Assembly: GCA_965223295.1 (NCBI GenBank)
Contig: CBDCWC010000003.1
Location: 1,760,001-1,824,000, forward strand
DNA from: Nitrospirales bacterium
GTDB taxonomy: Bacteria; Nitrospirota; Nitrospiria; Nitrospirales; UBA8639
Direction of reading: 5' to 3'
DNA length: 64,000 nucleotides
Part shown: positions 29,389 through 39,691 of the stretch, in pieces
Layout of the letters: the number at the start of each line of letters is the position of its first letter
Numbering within the stretch: the first letter of the stretch is position 1
The notes under the pieces: model-generated
Seen by the model: the letters and a program-made list of their open reading frames with translations, nothing else
What the model was told of the DNA's origin: nothing
The model's database searches: none
Translations under genes and position numbers: made by a program

Positions 29389-29789
29389 ACTCCTGGTCCT
29401 CGGCATAGAGAGTCGGTCGTCGTAACGGATTCACCAGCGCCTCGTCAACGGCGTCCGGCGAGTGCTGTCATTCAAAGATCGTCTGGATGAGCAAAAGAAT
29501 ACCTTTGACGAATGATGCCTATTGGCCGTGAACTGACACAATCTAGGATTTAAAGATGCTGTCTAATCTGTCTATGCAATGGACATGTAAAGCTGCACTC
29601 AATTTATGCGGGTCAAATTATTAATGCAATTGCCGTGAGTATTTCATGAATCTTCTTGAGTTCTTTAATACGTAAGGAGACAGTTGTCCTTCAAAATCCG
29701 TCGATTGACTTTCTTCTCTTTTCTAGCGATAGTCGTCAGTACTCTGTCCCGTACTTTTCCTCGTAATTTTCACGAAAATCTGTAGGTGC

Positions 29790-29839
29790 TTGACATCATT
29801 GGCTGGAGTTGTATACTGCATGGTGTGGGAAAAAGTGGG
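29790..29839 (+). promoter_or_regulatory. dcw promoter with MraZ-type GTGGG boxes
   Basis: TTGACA-N16-TATACT followed by GTGGGA at 29825 and 29835 (10-bp period). Confidence 0.7.
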
Positions 29840-29876
29840 AAAATTCCCTCAATATGGCAAAAATGAAACATGATGA

Positions 29877-30791
29877 ATGAATGATGTGCATGTTCCTGTT
29901 CTTGCTGGAGAAATTTGCCAGTGGCTTCACCCAAAACCAGGTGGAATTTACGTAGATTGCACATTGGGTCTTGGAGGAACATCATTAAAAATACTCGAAA
30001 GCACAGGATATAATGCTCATATTCTTGGTTTGGATAGGGATCCTGAGGCCTTGGCTGAGGCGGAGAAAGGCTTAGAGCCCTATAGATCGAAAGTGAAGCT
30101 TTTCAATGGGAATTACTCCCACCTTACGGATTTTGTTCAGCAAGCTGGCGTTGAGAGGGTCGATGGCGTGGTGTTCGATCTAGGGGTGTCCTCATTACAG
30201 TTAGATCGGCCAGAGCGAGGCTTTAGTTTTGCTGCGGATGGGCCTCTGGATATGCGTATGGACCAAACTCAGGGCGCAACAGCGGCTGATCTCATAAAAG
30301 TGCTGCCTGAGAAGGAGTTGGCCGATTTGTTTTTTGTCTATGGGGAGGAGCGATTTTCTCGACGCATTGCCCGTGCGATTGTGGAATCCAGAAAAACCTT
30401 TTCATTGGAAACTACGCAAGCGTTGGTTTCCGTCATTAAAGGCGCGGTTCCTCATGCCTATAGAAACGGACGTATTCATTGCGCCACTCGGACGTTCCAA
30501 GCTCTTCGAATTCGGGTGAATCAAGAACTAGAACTGTTGCAGCCGGCTCTTCGAGATGCGGTAGATCTTCTCAAGGAGGGTGGGCGATTGTGTGTGGTGG
30601 CGTTTCATTCCCTGGAAGATCGAATGGTGAAGCACACATTCCGAGCATTAGCCGGGAAAGACCATCCCCAGATTACATTGCTCACGAAGAAACCTATCAT
30701 CGCTTGTGAAGAGGAAATTCGCCAAAACCCGCGGGCGCGGAGCGCCAAGCTCCGGGTCGCCCAACGTTTAGGGGAGGAAACGCGCTCATGA
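29877..30791 (+). CDS. rsmH: 16S rRNA m4C1402 methyltransferase
   Basis: HVPVL, DCTLGLGG, DLGVSS, PLDMRM, FHSLEDR, NPRARSAKLR. Confidence 0.96.
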   Translation: MNDVHVPVLAGEICQWLHPKPGGIYVDCTLGLGGTSLKILESTGYNAHILGLDRDPEALAEAEKGLEPYRSKVKLFNGNYSHLTDFVQQAGVERVDGVVFDLGVSSLQLDRPERGFSFAADGPLDMRMDQTQGATAADLIKVLPEKELADLFFVYGEERFSRRIARAIVESRKTFSLETTQALVSVIKGAVPHAYRNGRIHCATRTFQALRIRVNQELELLQPALRDAVDLLKEGGRLCVVAFHSLEDRMVKHTFRALAGKDHPQITLLTKKPIIACEEEIRQNPRARSAKLRVAQRLGEETRS

Positions 30792-31135
30792 AAAAAAATG
30801 TCTTGCTTGGAATTATGCTGATTTTAGGCGCCTGGTGTCTGGTGTACGTCGGAATGAAGATTGATATGTGGCGGTTGGGATATGACATGGAAGAATTAGA
30901 GAATCAGCGTACGGTTCTGAAGAAAGAACAAGAGCTTCTGCAGGTCCGTCTGTCTGAGCTCACAGACCCACAGCAAATTGCACAACGAGCTCAAGAAGAA
31001 TTACAGCTCATGGTCCCCCAAGACGGTCAAGTCGTGATGGTCTCCCGTGATATGAATCCTTCCTCCGAATCAGAAAGCGATTCTCCGATGCGGTTAGTCC
31101 GTGAGTTTTCAGAAGGCATAGTGAGTCTGCCATGA
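30788..31135 (+). CDS. ftsL: Cell division protein FtsL
   Basis: TM helix plus coiled coil, between rsmH and ftsI. Confidence 0.8.
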   Translation: MKKNVLLGIMLILGAWCLVYVGMKIDMWRLGYDMEELENQRTVLKKEQELLQVRLSELTDPQQIAQRAQEELQLMVPQDGQVVMVSRDMNPSSESESDSPMRLVREFSEGIVSLP

Positions 31136-32907
31136 GTCCGCCCAGCCAAGATATCCATCCTATCTGCAGAATTCGCAGTGGCATTGTGTGTCTTTGCCTG
31201 CTTTTTGGATTTGTCGCGATCGGGTGCCGGCTATTTTATTTGCAGGTGCTGCAATCGGACACTGGTGCCCATGCCGTTCAACGCCAGCACCAAAAATCGA
31301 TGATTGTTCAGTCTGATCGCGGAGTGATTTTTGATCGGCAGGGCCATCCCTTAGCACTCAATGTTGATGTCTCCTCTGTCTTTGTGAATCCCAAGTCTCT
31401 CAAAAATCCTGAGCAAACTGCAGAGGCACTAGCGCGGGTGTTGGATATGCCAACGCCTGAACTACACAAGGTTTTCAAGGATGCGAAATCTCGTGTTCGG
31501 CTGAAGCGGCGACTTCCAGAAGAGCAAGCTCGACAGATTGAGGACATGGCGATTCCCGGAGTAGACGTGGTCAGAAGGCCTCAGCGTTTTTATCCCAAGA
31601 AGCAATTGGGTTCTCATATTTTGGGTTTTGCGGGTGATGATAATCAGGGCTTAGAAGGGATTGAATTTCATTACGAGTCATTTTTGCGAGGCGAAAAAAG
31701 CCGCGTGCGTTACCAGCGGGATGCGCTAGGCGGGAGAATTGCCTCGCTGATTAATCCGGCTTCAACCAGTCATCATGCTGGCTATCATGTCACTCTTTCG
31801 ATTGATGAAGTCATCCAGTTTATTGCTGAAGATGAATTAGCAAAAGCTGTCAAGCAGAGTCATGCCAAATCAGGAACCATTTTGATCATGGATCCCATGA
31901 CTGGAGGCATCTTAGCTTGGGCTGTCTATCCGACCTTTGATCCCAACCGCTTCCGGAAACTTTCAGCAGAAGATTGGAAAAATTGGACGGTCACCGACCC
32001 ATATGAGCCGGGATCGACGTTGAAAATCGTGGTGGCTGCTGCGGCTTTAGAAGAAGAAATCATGGCGCCTGACACGTTGATTTATGGAGGCGATGGGCAA
32101 ATGTCCGTCGCCGGAAAGCTTTTTCATGATCACGCGAAGGCCAACTGGCTCACATTTACGGATGCCATTGTGCAGTCAAGCAATGTTGGGGTTATTAAGG
32201 TGGCGCTCGAACTGGGAGAGACGCGAATGTTTAAGTACCTGAAGGCCTTTGGGTTTGGAGCGAAGACAGGTATTGATCTCTCCGGAGAAACGCCAGGCAT
32301 TTTACGTGATCCGAAAAATTGGAGTGGCCTCAGTTTGTCGTCTTTAGCCATGGGACAAGAAATCGGGGTGACTCCGATTCAAATGGTGACGGCCATGTCC
32401 GTGGTTGCCAATGGTGGATGGTTGATGACCCCGTATGTGGTGTCGTCGGTAATGGATGGTCGTGGGCAATCAGTCCTGACGAAAAAATTGGAACCCAGAA
32501 GGCGACCCATTTCTTCGCAGACGGCCAAACGTCTGAGCCGTATTCTTGAAACCGTCGTAGAAAGTGGAACAGGTCGACAGGCTAAATTGACGGGGTATCG
32601 CGCAGCAGGCAAGACCGGAACGTCTCAAAAAATTGATCCAGAAACTGGAGCCTATTCGTCAACGAGTGTCATTGCTTCGTTTGTGGGATTTGTTCCGGTT
32701 GAACAACCGCGCCTGACTATGCTGGTCGTGATCGACGACCCAAAAGGAAAAGAATGGAGGTGGGGTGGGAAAAGTGCGGCTCCGGTGTTTGGAAATGTGG
32801 CCAATCGCGTCTTACCGCATTTAGGCATCTTGCCAGGTGGGCCTCAAGTAATCCGGACGGCTTCTTCTTCTCATATTTCATCCCCCCTCAATACGCTTGT
32901 GCAGTAA
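31132..32907 (+). CDS. ftsI: Peptidoglycan transpeptidase FtsI/PBP3
   Basis: RGVIFDR, EPGSTLK, SSN, KTGT. Confidence 0.93.
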   Translation: MSPPSQDIHPICRIRSGIVCLCLLFGFVAIGCRLFYLQVLQSDTGAHAVQRQHQKSMIVQSDRGVIFDRQGHPLALNVDVSSVFVNPKSLKNPEQTAEALARVLDMPTPELHKVFKDAKSRVRLKRRLPEEQARQIEDMAIPGVDVVRRPQRFYPKKQLGSHILGFAGDDNQGLEGIEFHYESFLRGEKSRVRYQRDALGGRIASLINPASTSHHAGYHVTLSIDEVIQFIAEDELAKAVKQSHAKSGTILIMDPMTGGILAWAVYPTFDPNRFRKLSAEDWKNWTVTDPYEPGSTLKIVVAAAALEEEIMAPDTLIYGGDGQMSVAGKLFHDHAKANWLTFTDAIVQSSNVGVIKVALELGETRMFKYLKAFGFGAKTGIDLSGETPGILRDPKNWSGLSLSSLAMGQEIGVTPIQMVTAMSVVANGGWLMTPYVVSSVMDGRGQSVLTKKLEPRRRPISSQTAKRLSRILETVVESGTGRQAKLTGYRAAGKTGTSQKIDPETGAYSSTSVIASFVGFVPVEQPRLTMLVVIDDPKGKEWRWGGKSAAPVFGNVANRVLPHLGILPGGPQVIRTASSSHISSPLNTLVQ

Positions 32908-32910
32908 GTC

Positions 32911-34419
32911 GTGACGCTTCAAGAGTTACTTGATCCGATTGATGTGGTAAACGCTACTGGCGATTTCCAGGAAGAAATTATTTCTATCACTGAAGATTCG
33001 CGGGCCGTTGGGCCAGGCTCGGTGTTTGTGGCGATTCAGGGAACGCAACAAGATGGACATCATTTTGTGAATCAAGCCATTGCTCAGGGTGCCACTGCTG
33101 TTGTCGTGGAGGAAGGGTGTTTGCCATCGCCAGCCTCCCAGACTTCATCGCCAGATTCCGCAGCAGTGATTCAGGTGAAGAATTCCCGTAAGGCTTTGGG
33201 GTTGATGGCCTCACAACTTTATGGGAACCCATCAGCTCATCTGAGGATGGTGGGCGTCACGGGGACGAATGGGAAAACCACGGTGACGCATTTGGCTCAC
33301 GCGATTTTAGAAACTCAAGGGCATCGAGTTGGGTTGCTCGGGACAGTGGGCTATGTCTATGGGAACGCACGTCGTGCGGCATCTCATACGACGCCGGCTC
33401 CCGTGCCACTTCAAGAAATGTTAGCTGAAATGGTGGGGGATCGAGCGGATGTGGCTGTGCTGGAAGTTTCATCTCATGCATTGGCATTAGAGCGAGTGGC
33501 CGGCTGCGAGTTTGATATTGTCGTGTTCACCAATTTGACGCAAGACCACCTAGATTTTCACCAAACCATGGAACAATATTTTGAGGCCAAGCTCCAGTTA
33601 TTCACCCGCTATGTGGGCGGGGGTGGTAAGTCGGGTCCCAAGCGAGCGCTCGTAAACGGAGACGACACATGGGCTCGGCTGATTGCTCAGCAATGTCCCA
33701 TTCCTGTTTGGACGTTTGGTCTCCATGGCAAAGCTGATATTCAAGCTGAAGGAATTCAGTTGGGAATGGAAGGAACGCAATTTAGCGTCAACAGTCCTGT
33801 GGGGCCTATGACTATCACTAGCCAATTGGTGGGTGAACATAATGTGTCCAATATGCTGGCCGCTATAGGTATTGCCTTGGAAATGGGGATGTCTCCCGCT
33901 CAGATTGAAGAGGCCCTGAAGTCAGTTGGCAATGTTCCGGGACGTTTTGAACGGATTCAGGAAGGACAGGATTTTACCGTGGTGGTGGACTATGCCCATA
34001 CCGATGATGCACTTCAACAGTTACTGGAGGCCGCACAGATGATCAAGCGAGGGCGCATCATTACGGTGTTTGGTTGCGGAGGAGATCGAGATTCGGGCAA
34101 GCGGCCCAAAATGGGACAAGTCGCTGTTACGCATAGTGATTGGGTCATTGTCACGTCTGATAATCCTCGAACTGAAGATCCGCTGGCCATTCTGGCTGAT
34201 ATTGAAAAAGGTATTACGGCTTTGCCTGAGAAAGACCGGTGTGACTATCGCATGATTTCGGATCGTGCGGAAGCTATTCAGGCCGCTATAGCTGCTGCCA
34301 AGCCAGATGATCTTGTGCTGATTGCGGGCAAAGGCCATGAAGATTATCAAATTCTAGGAAAACAGAAAGTACATTTTGATGATCGTGAAGAAGCTCGAAA
34401 AGCTCTTCAACAACGATAG
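32911..34419 (+). CDS. murE: UDP-MurNAc-tripeptide synthetase (DNPR motif, meso-DAP type)
   Basis: GVTGTNGKTT, EVSSH, DYAHT, DNPR. Confidence 0.96.
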   Translation: MTLQELLDPIDVVNATGDFQEEIISITEDSRAVGPGSVFVAIQGTQQDGHHFVNQAIAQGATAVVVEEGCLPSPASQTSSPDSAAVIQVKNSRKALGLMASQLYGNPSAHLRMVGVTGTNGKTTVTHLAHAILETQGHRVGLLGTVGYVYGNARRAASHTTPAPVPLQEMLAEMVGDRADVAVLEVSSHALALERVAGCEFDIVVFTNLTQDHLDFHQTMEQYFEAKLQLFTRYVGGGGKSGPKRALVNGDDTWARLIAQQCPIPVWTFGLHGKADIQAEGIQLGMEGTQFSVNSPVGPMTITSQLVGEHNVSNMLAAIGIALEMGMSPAQIEEALKSVGNVPGRFERIQEGQDFTVVVDYAHTDDALQQLLEAAQMIKRGRIITVFGCGGDRDSGKRPKMGQVAVTHSDWVIVTSDNPRTEDPLAILADIEKGITALPEKDRCDYRMISDRAEAIQAAIAAAKPDDLVLIAGKGHEDYQILGKQKVHFDDREEARKALQQR

Positions 34420-34448
34420 CCTTCAGGATAATCCAGGCCATATGACTC

Positions 34449-35861
34449 ATGGCAATATTTGAGGTGGAAGAAGTGGTTGCAGCCACGAAAGGAACATTGC
34501 TCGCACCAAGAGGAAAACCCCACGTGAAATTTCGTCGGGTGGAAACGGACTCTCGAGCGGTCAAGCTGGGCGATCTCTTTGTGGCGTTAAGAGGTCCGAA
34601 TTTTGATGGTCATGATTTTGTTGGCAAAGCTTGGAAGATGGGGGCCAAGGGGGTTGTTGTAGAAAAGAAATGGGACAGCAAGGGATTGAAAGGTTTGGGA
34701 AAGGTGAGCCGGTCTCCACTTGCAGTCGTGTGTGTGAACGATACCCTACAGGCCTACCAAGATTTAGCTAAATTTCATCGCGCAAGGTTTTCCATTCCTG
34801 TTGTGGCCATTACTGGGAGTAATGGAAAAACGACAACGAAGGAAATGGTGAGTCGCGTATTGGAGACTCGTTGGCGCATCTTGAAAACTCAAGGGAATTT
34901 CAATAATGCGATTGGCGTTCCTAAAACGTTGTTAGGCCTTCAGGCAAAGCATCAGGCTGCCGTTATTGAAATGGGCGTGGATCAAGTGGGACAAACCGCC
35001 CGGCTTGGAGAGATTGCCCGGCCCACTTTAGGCGTCATTACGAATGTCGGACAGGACCATTTAGAATATTACAAAACCATGGCGCGCTCAGCTAGGTCAA
35101 AGGCTGAATTGTTTGCCTGGCTTCCGGATGACGGCGCCGCCATTTTAAATGCGGATGATGAATATTTTTCATCATTTTCCCAAAAAGCGACTTGCCCGGT
35201 GGTTTCCTTTGGATTGCAGGCTGATGCAGATGTGCGGGGAACCAAACTCAATTGGAATGGAAAGCACACAGAATTTCGCTTATGGCTGCCGAATCGAAAA
35301 ACCAGTAAACGCACGATTGTCCGAACAATGGGTTTCCATAATGTGTCTAATGCACTTGCCGGGGCAGCCGTAGGACATGCGCTACAGTTTTCTGCCACGG
35401 ACATTGTGGCGGGGTTGGCCAGGTTTCGTCCGGCGCCAATGCGATCAGAAATTCGTCGATTAAGAGGCGCAATTTTTCTCTATGATTGCTACAACGCGAA
35501 TCCAGATTCTGTGAAGGCAGCGTTAGACGTCTTGGTTGAGCTGGCTCCACAGCAGCGAACGATTGCCGTTCTTGGCGATATGCTGGAGTTGGGGGTTAAA
35601 GAAGCGCACTTGCATGAGGAAATAGGTCGATACGCTGCTCAAAAACAGGTCAGTCATGTGATCGCCTGCGGGACCTTTGGTTCTATGATCAGCAAAGGTG
35701 TAGGAAAAGCTCGAACGCACACCTCCATCACGGTGGTGAGAGATGCGTTAGAGGCTGGGACAGTCTTAAAGACCATGCTCGCGCGGGGTGATATCGTACT
35801 GATTAAGGCCTCGCGAGGCGCTCAAATGGAGGGTGTGTTTGATGTACTTCCGACACGTTAA
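34449..35861 (+). CDS. murF: UDP-MurNAc-pentapeptide synthetase
   Basis: TGSNGKTTTK, NFNNAIG, DCYNANP, GDMLELG, KASRG. Confidence 0.96.
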   Translation: MAIFEVEEVVAATKGTLLAPRGKPHVKFRRVETDSRAVKLGDLFVALRGPNFDGHDFVGKAWKMGAKGVVVEKKWDSKGLKGLGKVSRSPLAVVCVNDTLQAYQDLAKFHRARFSIPVVAITGSNGKTTTKEMVSRVLETRWRILKTQGNFNNAIGVPKTLLGLQAKHQAAVIEMGVDQVGQTARLGEIARPTLGVITNVGQDHLEYYKTMARSARSKAELFAWLPDDGAAILNADDEYFSSFSQKATCPVVSFGLQADADVRGTKLNWNGKHTEFRLWLPNRKTSKRTIVRTMGFHNVSNALAGAAVGHALQFSATDIVAGLARFRPAPMRSEIRRLRGAIFLYDCYNANPDSVKAALDVLVELAPQQRTIAVLGDMLELGVKEAHLHEEIGRYAAQKQVSHVIACGTFGSMISKGVGKARTHTSITVVRDALEAGTVLKTMLARGDIVLIKASRGAQMEGVFDVLPTR

Positions 35862-35990
35862 GAATTGGTGTGGGTACAATGATCGCATCATACAAGAAAG
35901 CTCGAAGTCATACGTTTAAGAACGGATCGAGTAAGCAGAGGTAACATAGCCTTGCCATTTTCATATCATGTAACCGAAGAGGTTTGTTGA

Positions 35991-37067
35991 ATGCTCTATC
36001 AGTGGCTATACCCTCTTCACAACGATTTTGCGATTTTTAATGTATTTCGCTATCTCAGTTTCCGCATGATTTATGCGGCAATCACGGCGTTTCTCATTGT
36101 CTTTTTTCTGGCTCCGCCCGTCATCAAGAAATTACAACAACTGGGATTGGGACAAAAGGTGCGAACCGATGGTCCGCAAACGCATTTTGGGAAGTCCGGG
36201 ACGCCCACGATGGGTGGAGTGCTTATTTTGTTTTCAGTGTTACTGGCGACGCTGTTATGGGCAGATGTGTCAAATTTTTATGTCTGGCTGGTTCTCCTGG
36301 CGATTGTGGGATTTGGGCTGATTGGCTTTGTGGATGATTACATAAAAATATTACGTGGGCAGTCCGAAGGGCTTACCGCCGCGCAAAAATTTATTGGACA
36401 GTTGGGCGTGGGGTTAGGCGTGGGTTTATTTTTTTATCTTTCCCCAGCATATTCTACTGAACTCAGTGTTCCATTTTTTAAGAATGTGAATCCCGACCTT
36501 GGTCTCATGTACATTCCTTTTGCCATATTGGTCATTGTGGGATGCTCCAATGCGGTGAATTTAACCGATGGGCTGGATGGCTTGGCCGTTGGACCCGTGA
36601 TCATCGCTGCGATGGCCTATACGGTGGTGGCCTGGGCCGTGGGGAATCGAATCGTTTCTGAATATCTTTTGATTCCGCATATTGAAGGAGCAGGAGAACT
36701 GGCGATTTTGACGGCCTCGATCATCGGGTCTGGTCTGGGATTTCTCTGGTTCAACACCTATCCTGCATCGGTTTTCATGGGGGATGTGGGGTCGTTGCCG
36801 TTGGGCGCAGCCTTGGGAACGGTGGCCGTCGTTTGCAAGCATGAATTGCTGTTAGTGCTGGTTGGTGGCGTCTTTGTGATGGAAGCGGTCTCAGTGATTT
36901 TTCAGGTGTTATCGTTTAAGTCACGAGGAAAACGTATTTTTCTCATGGCTCCGCTACACCATCATTTTGAAATGAAAGGGTGGGAGGAGCCGAAAGTCGT
37001 CGTTCGTTTGTGGATCATTGCGATTATTTTGGGATTGCTGAGCATTAGTACATTGAAATTGCGTTAA
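35991..37067 (+). CDS. mraY: Phospho-N-acetylmuramoyl-pentapeptide transferase
   Basis: [30 protein letters not shown]. Confidence 0.97.
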   Translation: MLYQWLYPLHNDFAIFNVFRYLSFRMIYAAITAFLIVFFLAPPVIKKLQQLGLGQKVRTDGPQTHFGKSGTPTMGGVLILFSVLLATLLWADVSNFYVWLVLLAIVGFGLIGFVDDYIKILRGQSEGLTAAQKFIGQLGVGLGVGLFFYLSPAYSTELSVPFFKNVNPDLGLMYIPFAILVIVGCSNAVNLTDGLDGLAVGPVIIAAMAYTVVAWAVGNRIVSEYLLIPHIEGAGELAILTASIIGSGLGFLWFNTYPASVFMGDVGSLPLGAALGTVAVVCKHELLLVLVGGVFVMEAVSVIFQVLSFKSRGKRIFLMAPLHHHFEMKGWEEPKVVVRLWIIAIILGLLSISTLKLR

Positions 37068-37080
37068 ATGTAGGGGCTGA

Positions 37081-38502
37081 GTGAAATTCTCTGGAGTCAT
37101 GGAACCCGTGAAAACTTCTTCGGTACTTCCCATGACAAATTGGAAGAAGACGAACGTGGCGGTGATGGGTATGGGACGCAGTGGGCAATCGGCTGCTGAT
37201 CTTCTTCTTGACCAAGGGTCAAATGTGATTCTGGTTGAAGAACATCCACGGCCTGAACTTGAAGGATTGAAAGAAGAGTATGAGCGCCGAGGAGCTCAAA
37301 TATGCTTTGGAAACCACATGGAGTCAATCTTGAGTCAGGTTGCACTTCTGGTTGTCAGTCCTGGTGTCCCGAATGATCATTCTTTTCTTGAACAGGCACA
37401 TCAGCAAAACATTCCGGTCATTGGGGAAATTGAATTAGCAACATGGTTCCTTCGGGCTCCGATTATTGCTGTCACGGGCACGAACGGGAAAAGCACCACT
37501 GTTCGGCTGATCGGATCTATTCTAGAAAAAAGTGGGAAGCATGTTTTTATGGGAGGAAATCTGGGGCTTCCCCTCTGCGAAGCCGTACCAAAAACAGGAA
37601 ATCCGTATCAGGGCAAGGACTTTGACTATATCGTTGCCGAAGTTTCAAGTTTTCAACTTGAAACCATTCACCAATTCAAACCATGGATTTCAGTCCTCTT
37701 GAATGTGACGCCCGATCATCTGGATCGACATCTCACCCAAGAAGAATATCAGGCAGCTAAGCAAAGGATTTTTGAAAATCAAACCATTCAGGATTGGATG
37801 ATCATCAATGTTGATGATCCAACCGTGAGAGCTCTGGCCCTCGAGGCCAAGGCACGACGCGTAGAATTTAGTCTCCAGCATGAAGTTGAGCAAGGTATCT
37901 ATGCCGAAGGTGACAAGATTCGTGCTCGGCTAGAAGGTAAGGCTGAGGTTGTCTTTGATCGTGACGATATCCCTATGCGTGGTTTACATAATGTCGCGAA
38001 TGCTATGGCGGCGATTTGTGTGGGGTTATTGAGTGGGTGTTCTAAAGAAAATATCGTAAATGGGCTCAAGGAGATTCCTGGGTTTGAGCATGCCTTGGAA
38101 TATGTGCGGACCTGGAAGAGCATATGCTTCATTAACGATTCAAAGGGAACTAATGTGGATGCCACGCTTAAAGCTGTGCAATGTTTTGATGAGCCAGTGA
38201 TATTAATTCTGGGAGGAAAGGACAAAGGTGGAGACTTTGCTCGCCTTGTAGATGCGATTCATCAAAGAGTGAAAAATGTCGTCGTTATTGGAGAAGCCGC
38301 GCCTCGAATCCTTTTTGAATTAGGAGAACAGGTTCCCACACGTCAGGCAACGAGTCTTAAAGATGCGGTAGCGCAAGCCGTTTCTCTGGCGTTGCCAGGC
38401 GATGTCGTATTGTTTTCGCCGGCTTGCTCGAGTTTCGATATGTTTCAAAATTATCATCAGCGCGGACTTGAATTTAAACGCGTGATACAGGAACTCCAAT
38501 AA
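37081..38502 (+). CDS. murD: UDP-MurNAc-L-Ala:D-Glu ligase
   Basis: VTGTNGKST, EVSSFQL, DHLDRH, NDSKGTN, SPACSSFD. Confidence 0.96.
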   Translation: MKFSGVMEPVKTSSVLPMTNWKKTNVAVMGMGRSGQSAADLLLDQGSNVILVEEHPRPELEGLKEEYERRGAQICFGNHMESILSQVALLVVSPGVPNDHSFLEQAHQQNIPVIGEIELATWFLRAPIIAVTGTNGKSTTVRLIGSILEKSGKHVFMGGNLGLPLCEAVPKTGNPYQGKDFDYIVAEVSSFQLETIHQFKPWISVLLNVTPDHLDRHLTQEEYQAAKQRIFENQTIQDWMIINVDDPTVRALALEAKARRVEFSLQHEVEQGIYAEGDKIRARLEGKAEVVFDRDDIPMRGLHNVANAMAAICVGLLSGCSKENIVNGLKEIPGFEHALEYVRTWKSICFINDSKGTNVDATLKAVQCFDEPVILILGGKDKGGDFARLVDAIHQRVKNVVVIGEAAPRILFELGEQVPTRQATSLKDAVAQAVSLALPGDVVLFSPACSSFDMFQNYHQRGLEFKRVIQELQ

Positions 38503-39678
38503 GTGAGCATGTTGTTGCTGAGACGTCGGAATGCTCACCGAGATAGACGAGCATGGGCTGATTTATTTCAAGGGCATGTTGCTCTTGGTCAACGTCGGGT
38601 TGATCCGTTGATTCTTGGAATTACCGTTGCTCTTTCATTGGGTGGATTGATTATGGTGTTCAGCGCCAGCGGCGTTGTAGCGGAAATGAAATATCAAGAT
38701 GCGACCTTTTATCTGCAGCGTCAAATCGTGTGGATAGTATTGGGCTTTTGCGTGCTCTTTGTCGGATCCAAGATTGATTATCGGCTATGGAAACAATGGG
38801 TTCCCTGGATTGTGATGGGATGTGCGGCAGGGTTGTTGCTTGTCCTAGCGTTTGGTCCTCAAATCAATGGTGCCCGTCGATGGTTGACGTTCGGTTTCTT
38901 TTCCATTCAACCCACGGAAATGGCCAAGTTGGCAGTGGTGTTGTATGTGGCGGCCTTTCTGGCCAATCCCAATCGTCGGATTACTGATTGGCGACGTGGG
39001 TTTCTTCCGCCAGTCGCCGTGGTCAGTGGGCTCTGTCTTTTAATTGTTGTCGAGCCTGATTTGGGAAGTATCGTCGTCATTGGGCTGGTGTTTGTCTTCA
39101 TGATGTATTTGGCCGGTGCTCGGCTTCGGCATTTGGCCTGCTTGGGGTTGCCAATGATTCTAGGGTTTCTGGCGCTCATTTTCATCAGTCCTGAGCGGTG
39201 GGAACGATTGACTACTTTTCTCAACCCCTTTCAGGATCCAGAAGGTGCCGGCTATCAATTAGTGCAATCTCTTTTGGCGTTAGAAAACGGTGGAATTTTT
39301 GGCGTGGGCCTGGGGCATGGGAAACAGAAACTCTTGTACCTCCCCGAAGGCCATACTGACTTTGTGCTCGCATTGGTTGGCGAAGAGCTGGGATTGATGG
39401 GGACCTTAGGGTTATTGGGACTGTTCGTCATTTTGGTGTTTAAAGGATTTCGCGTTGCCGCATTGGCGCCTGATGTATTCGGTCGGTTTTTGGCTCTGGG
39501 AATCACGTTGCTTCTGACGATGCAAGCGATGATCAATGCGGGAGTGGTGAGTGGCATGTTGCCCACGAAAGGCTTGACGCTTCCTCTGGTGAGTTATGGA
39601 GGTTCGTCGCTTCTGACGACCATGTTAGCGATTGGAATCTTGTTGAGTATAGCTCGTCGTGGGCGGACAGGCCCCTAG
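38503..39678 (+). CDS. ftsW: SEDS glycosyltransferase FtsW
   Basis: NGARRW, QPTEMAK, LPEGHTDF, SYGGSS. Confidence 0.95.
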   Translation: MSMLLLRRRNAHRDRRAWADLFQGHVALGQRRVDPLILGITVALSLGGLIMVFSASGVVAEMKYQDATFYLQRQIVWIVLGFCVLFVGSKIDYRLWKQWVPWIVMGCAAGLLLVLAFGPQINGARRWLTFGFFSIQPTEMAKLAVVLYVAAFLANPNRRITDWRRGFLPPVAVVSGLCLLIVVEPDLGSIVVIGLVFVFMMYLAGARLRHLACLGLPMILGFLALIFISPERWERLTTFLNPFQDPEGAGYQLVQSLLALENGGIFGVGLGHGKQKLLYLPEGHTDFVLALVGEELGLMGTLGLLGLFVILVFKGFRVAALAPDVFGRFLALGITLLLTMQAMINAGVVSGMLPTKGLTLPLVSYGGSSLLTTMLAIGILLSIARRGRTGP

Positions 39679-39691
39679 CTAGGGGATCGGC

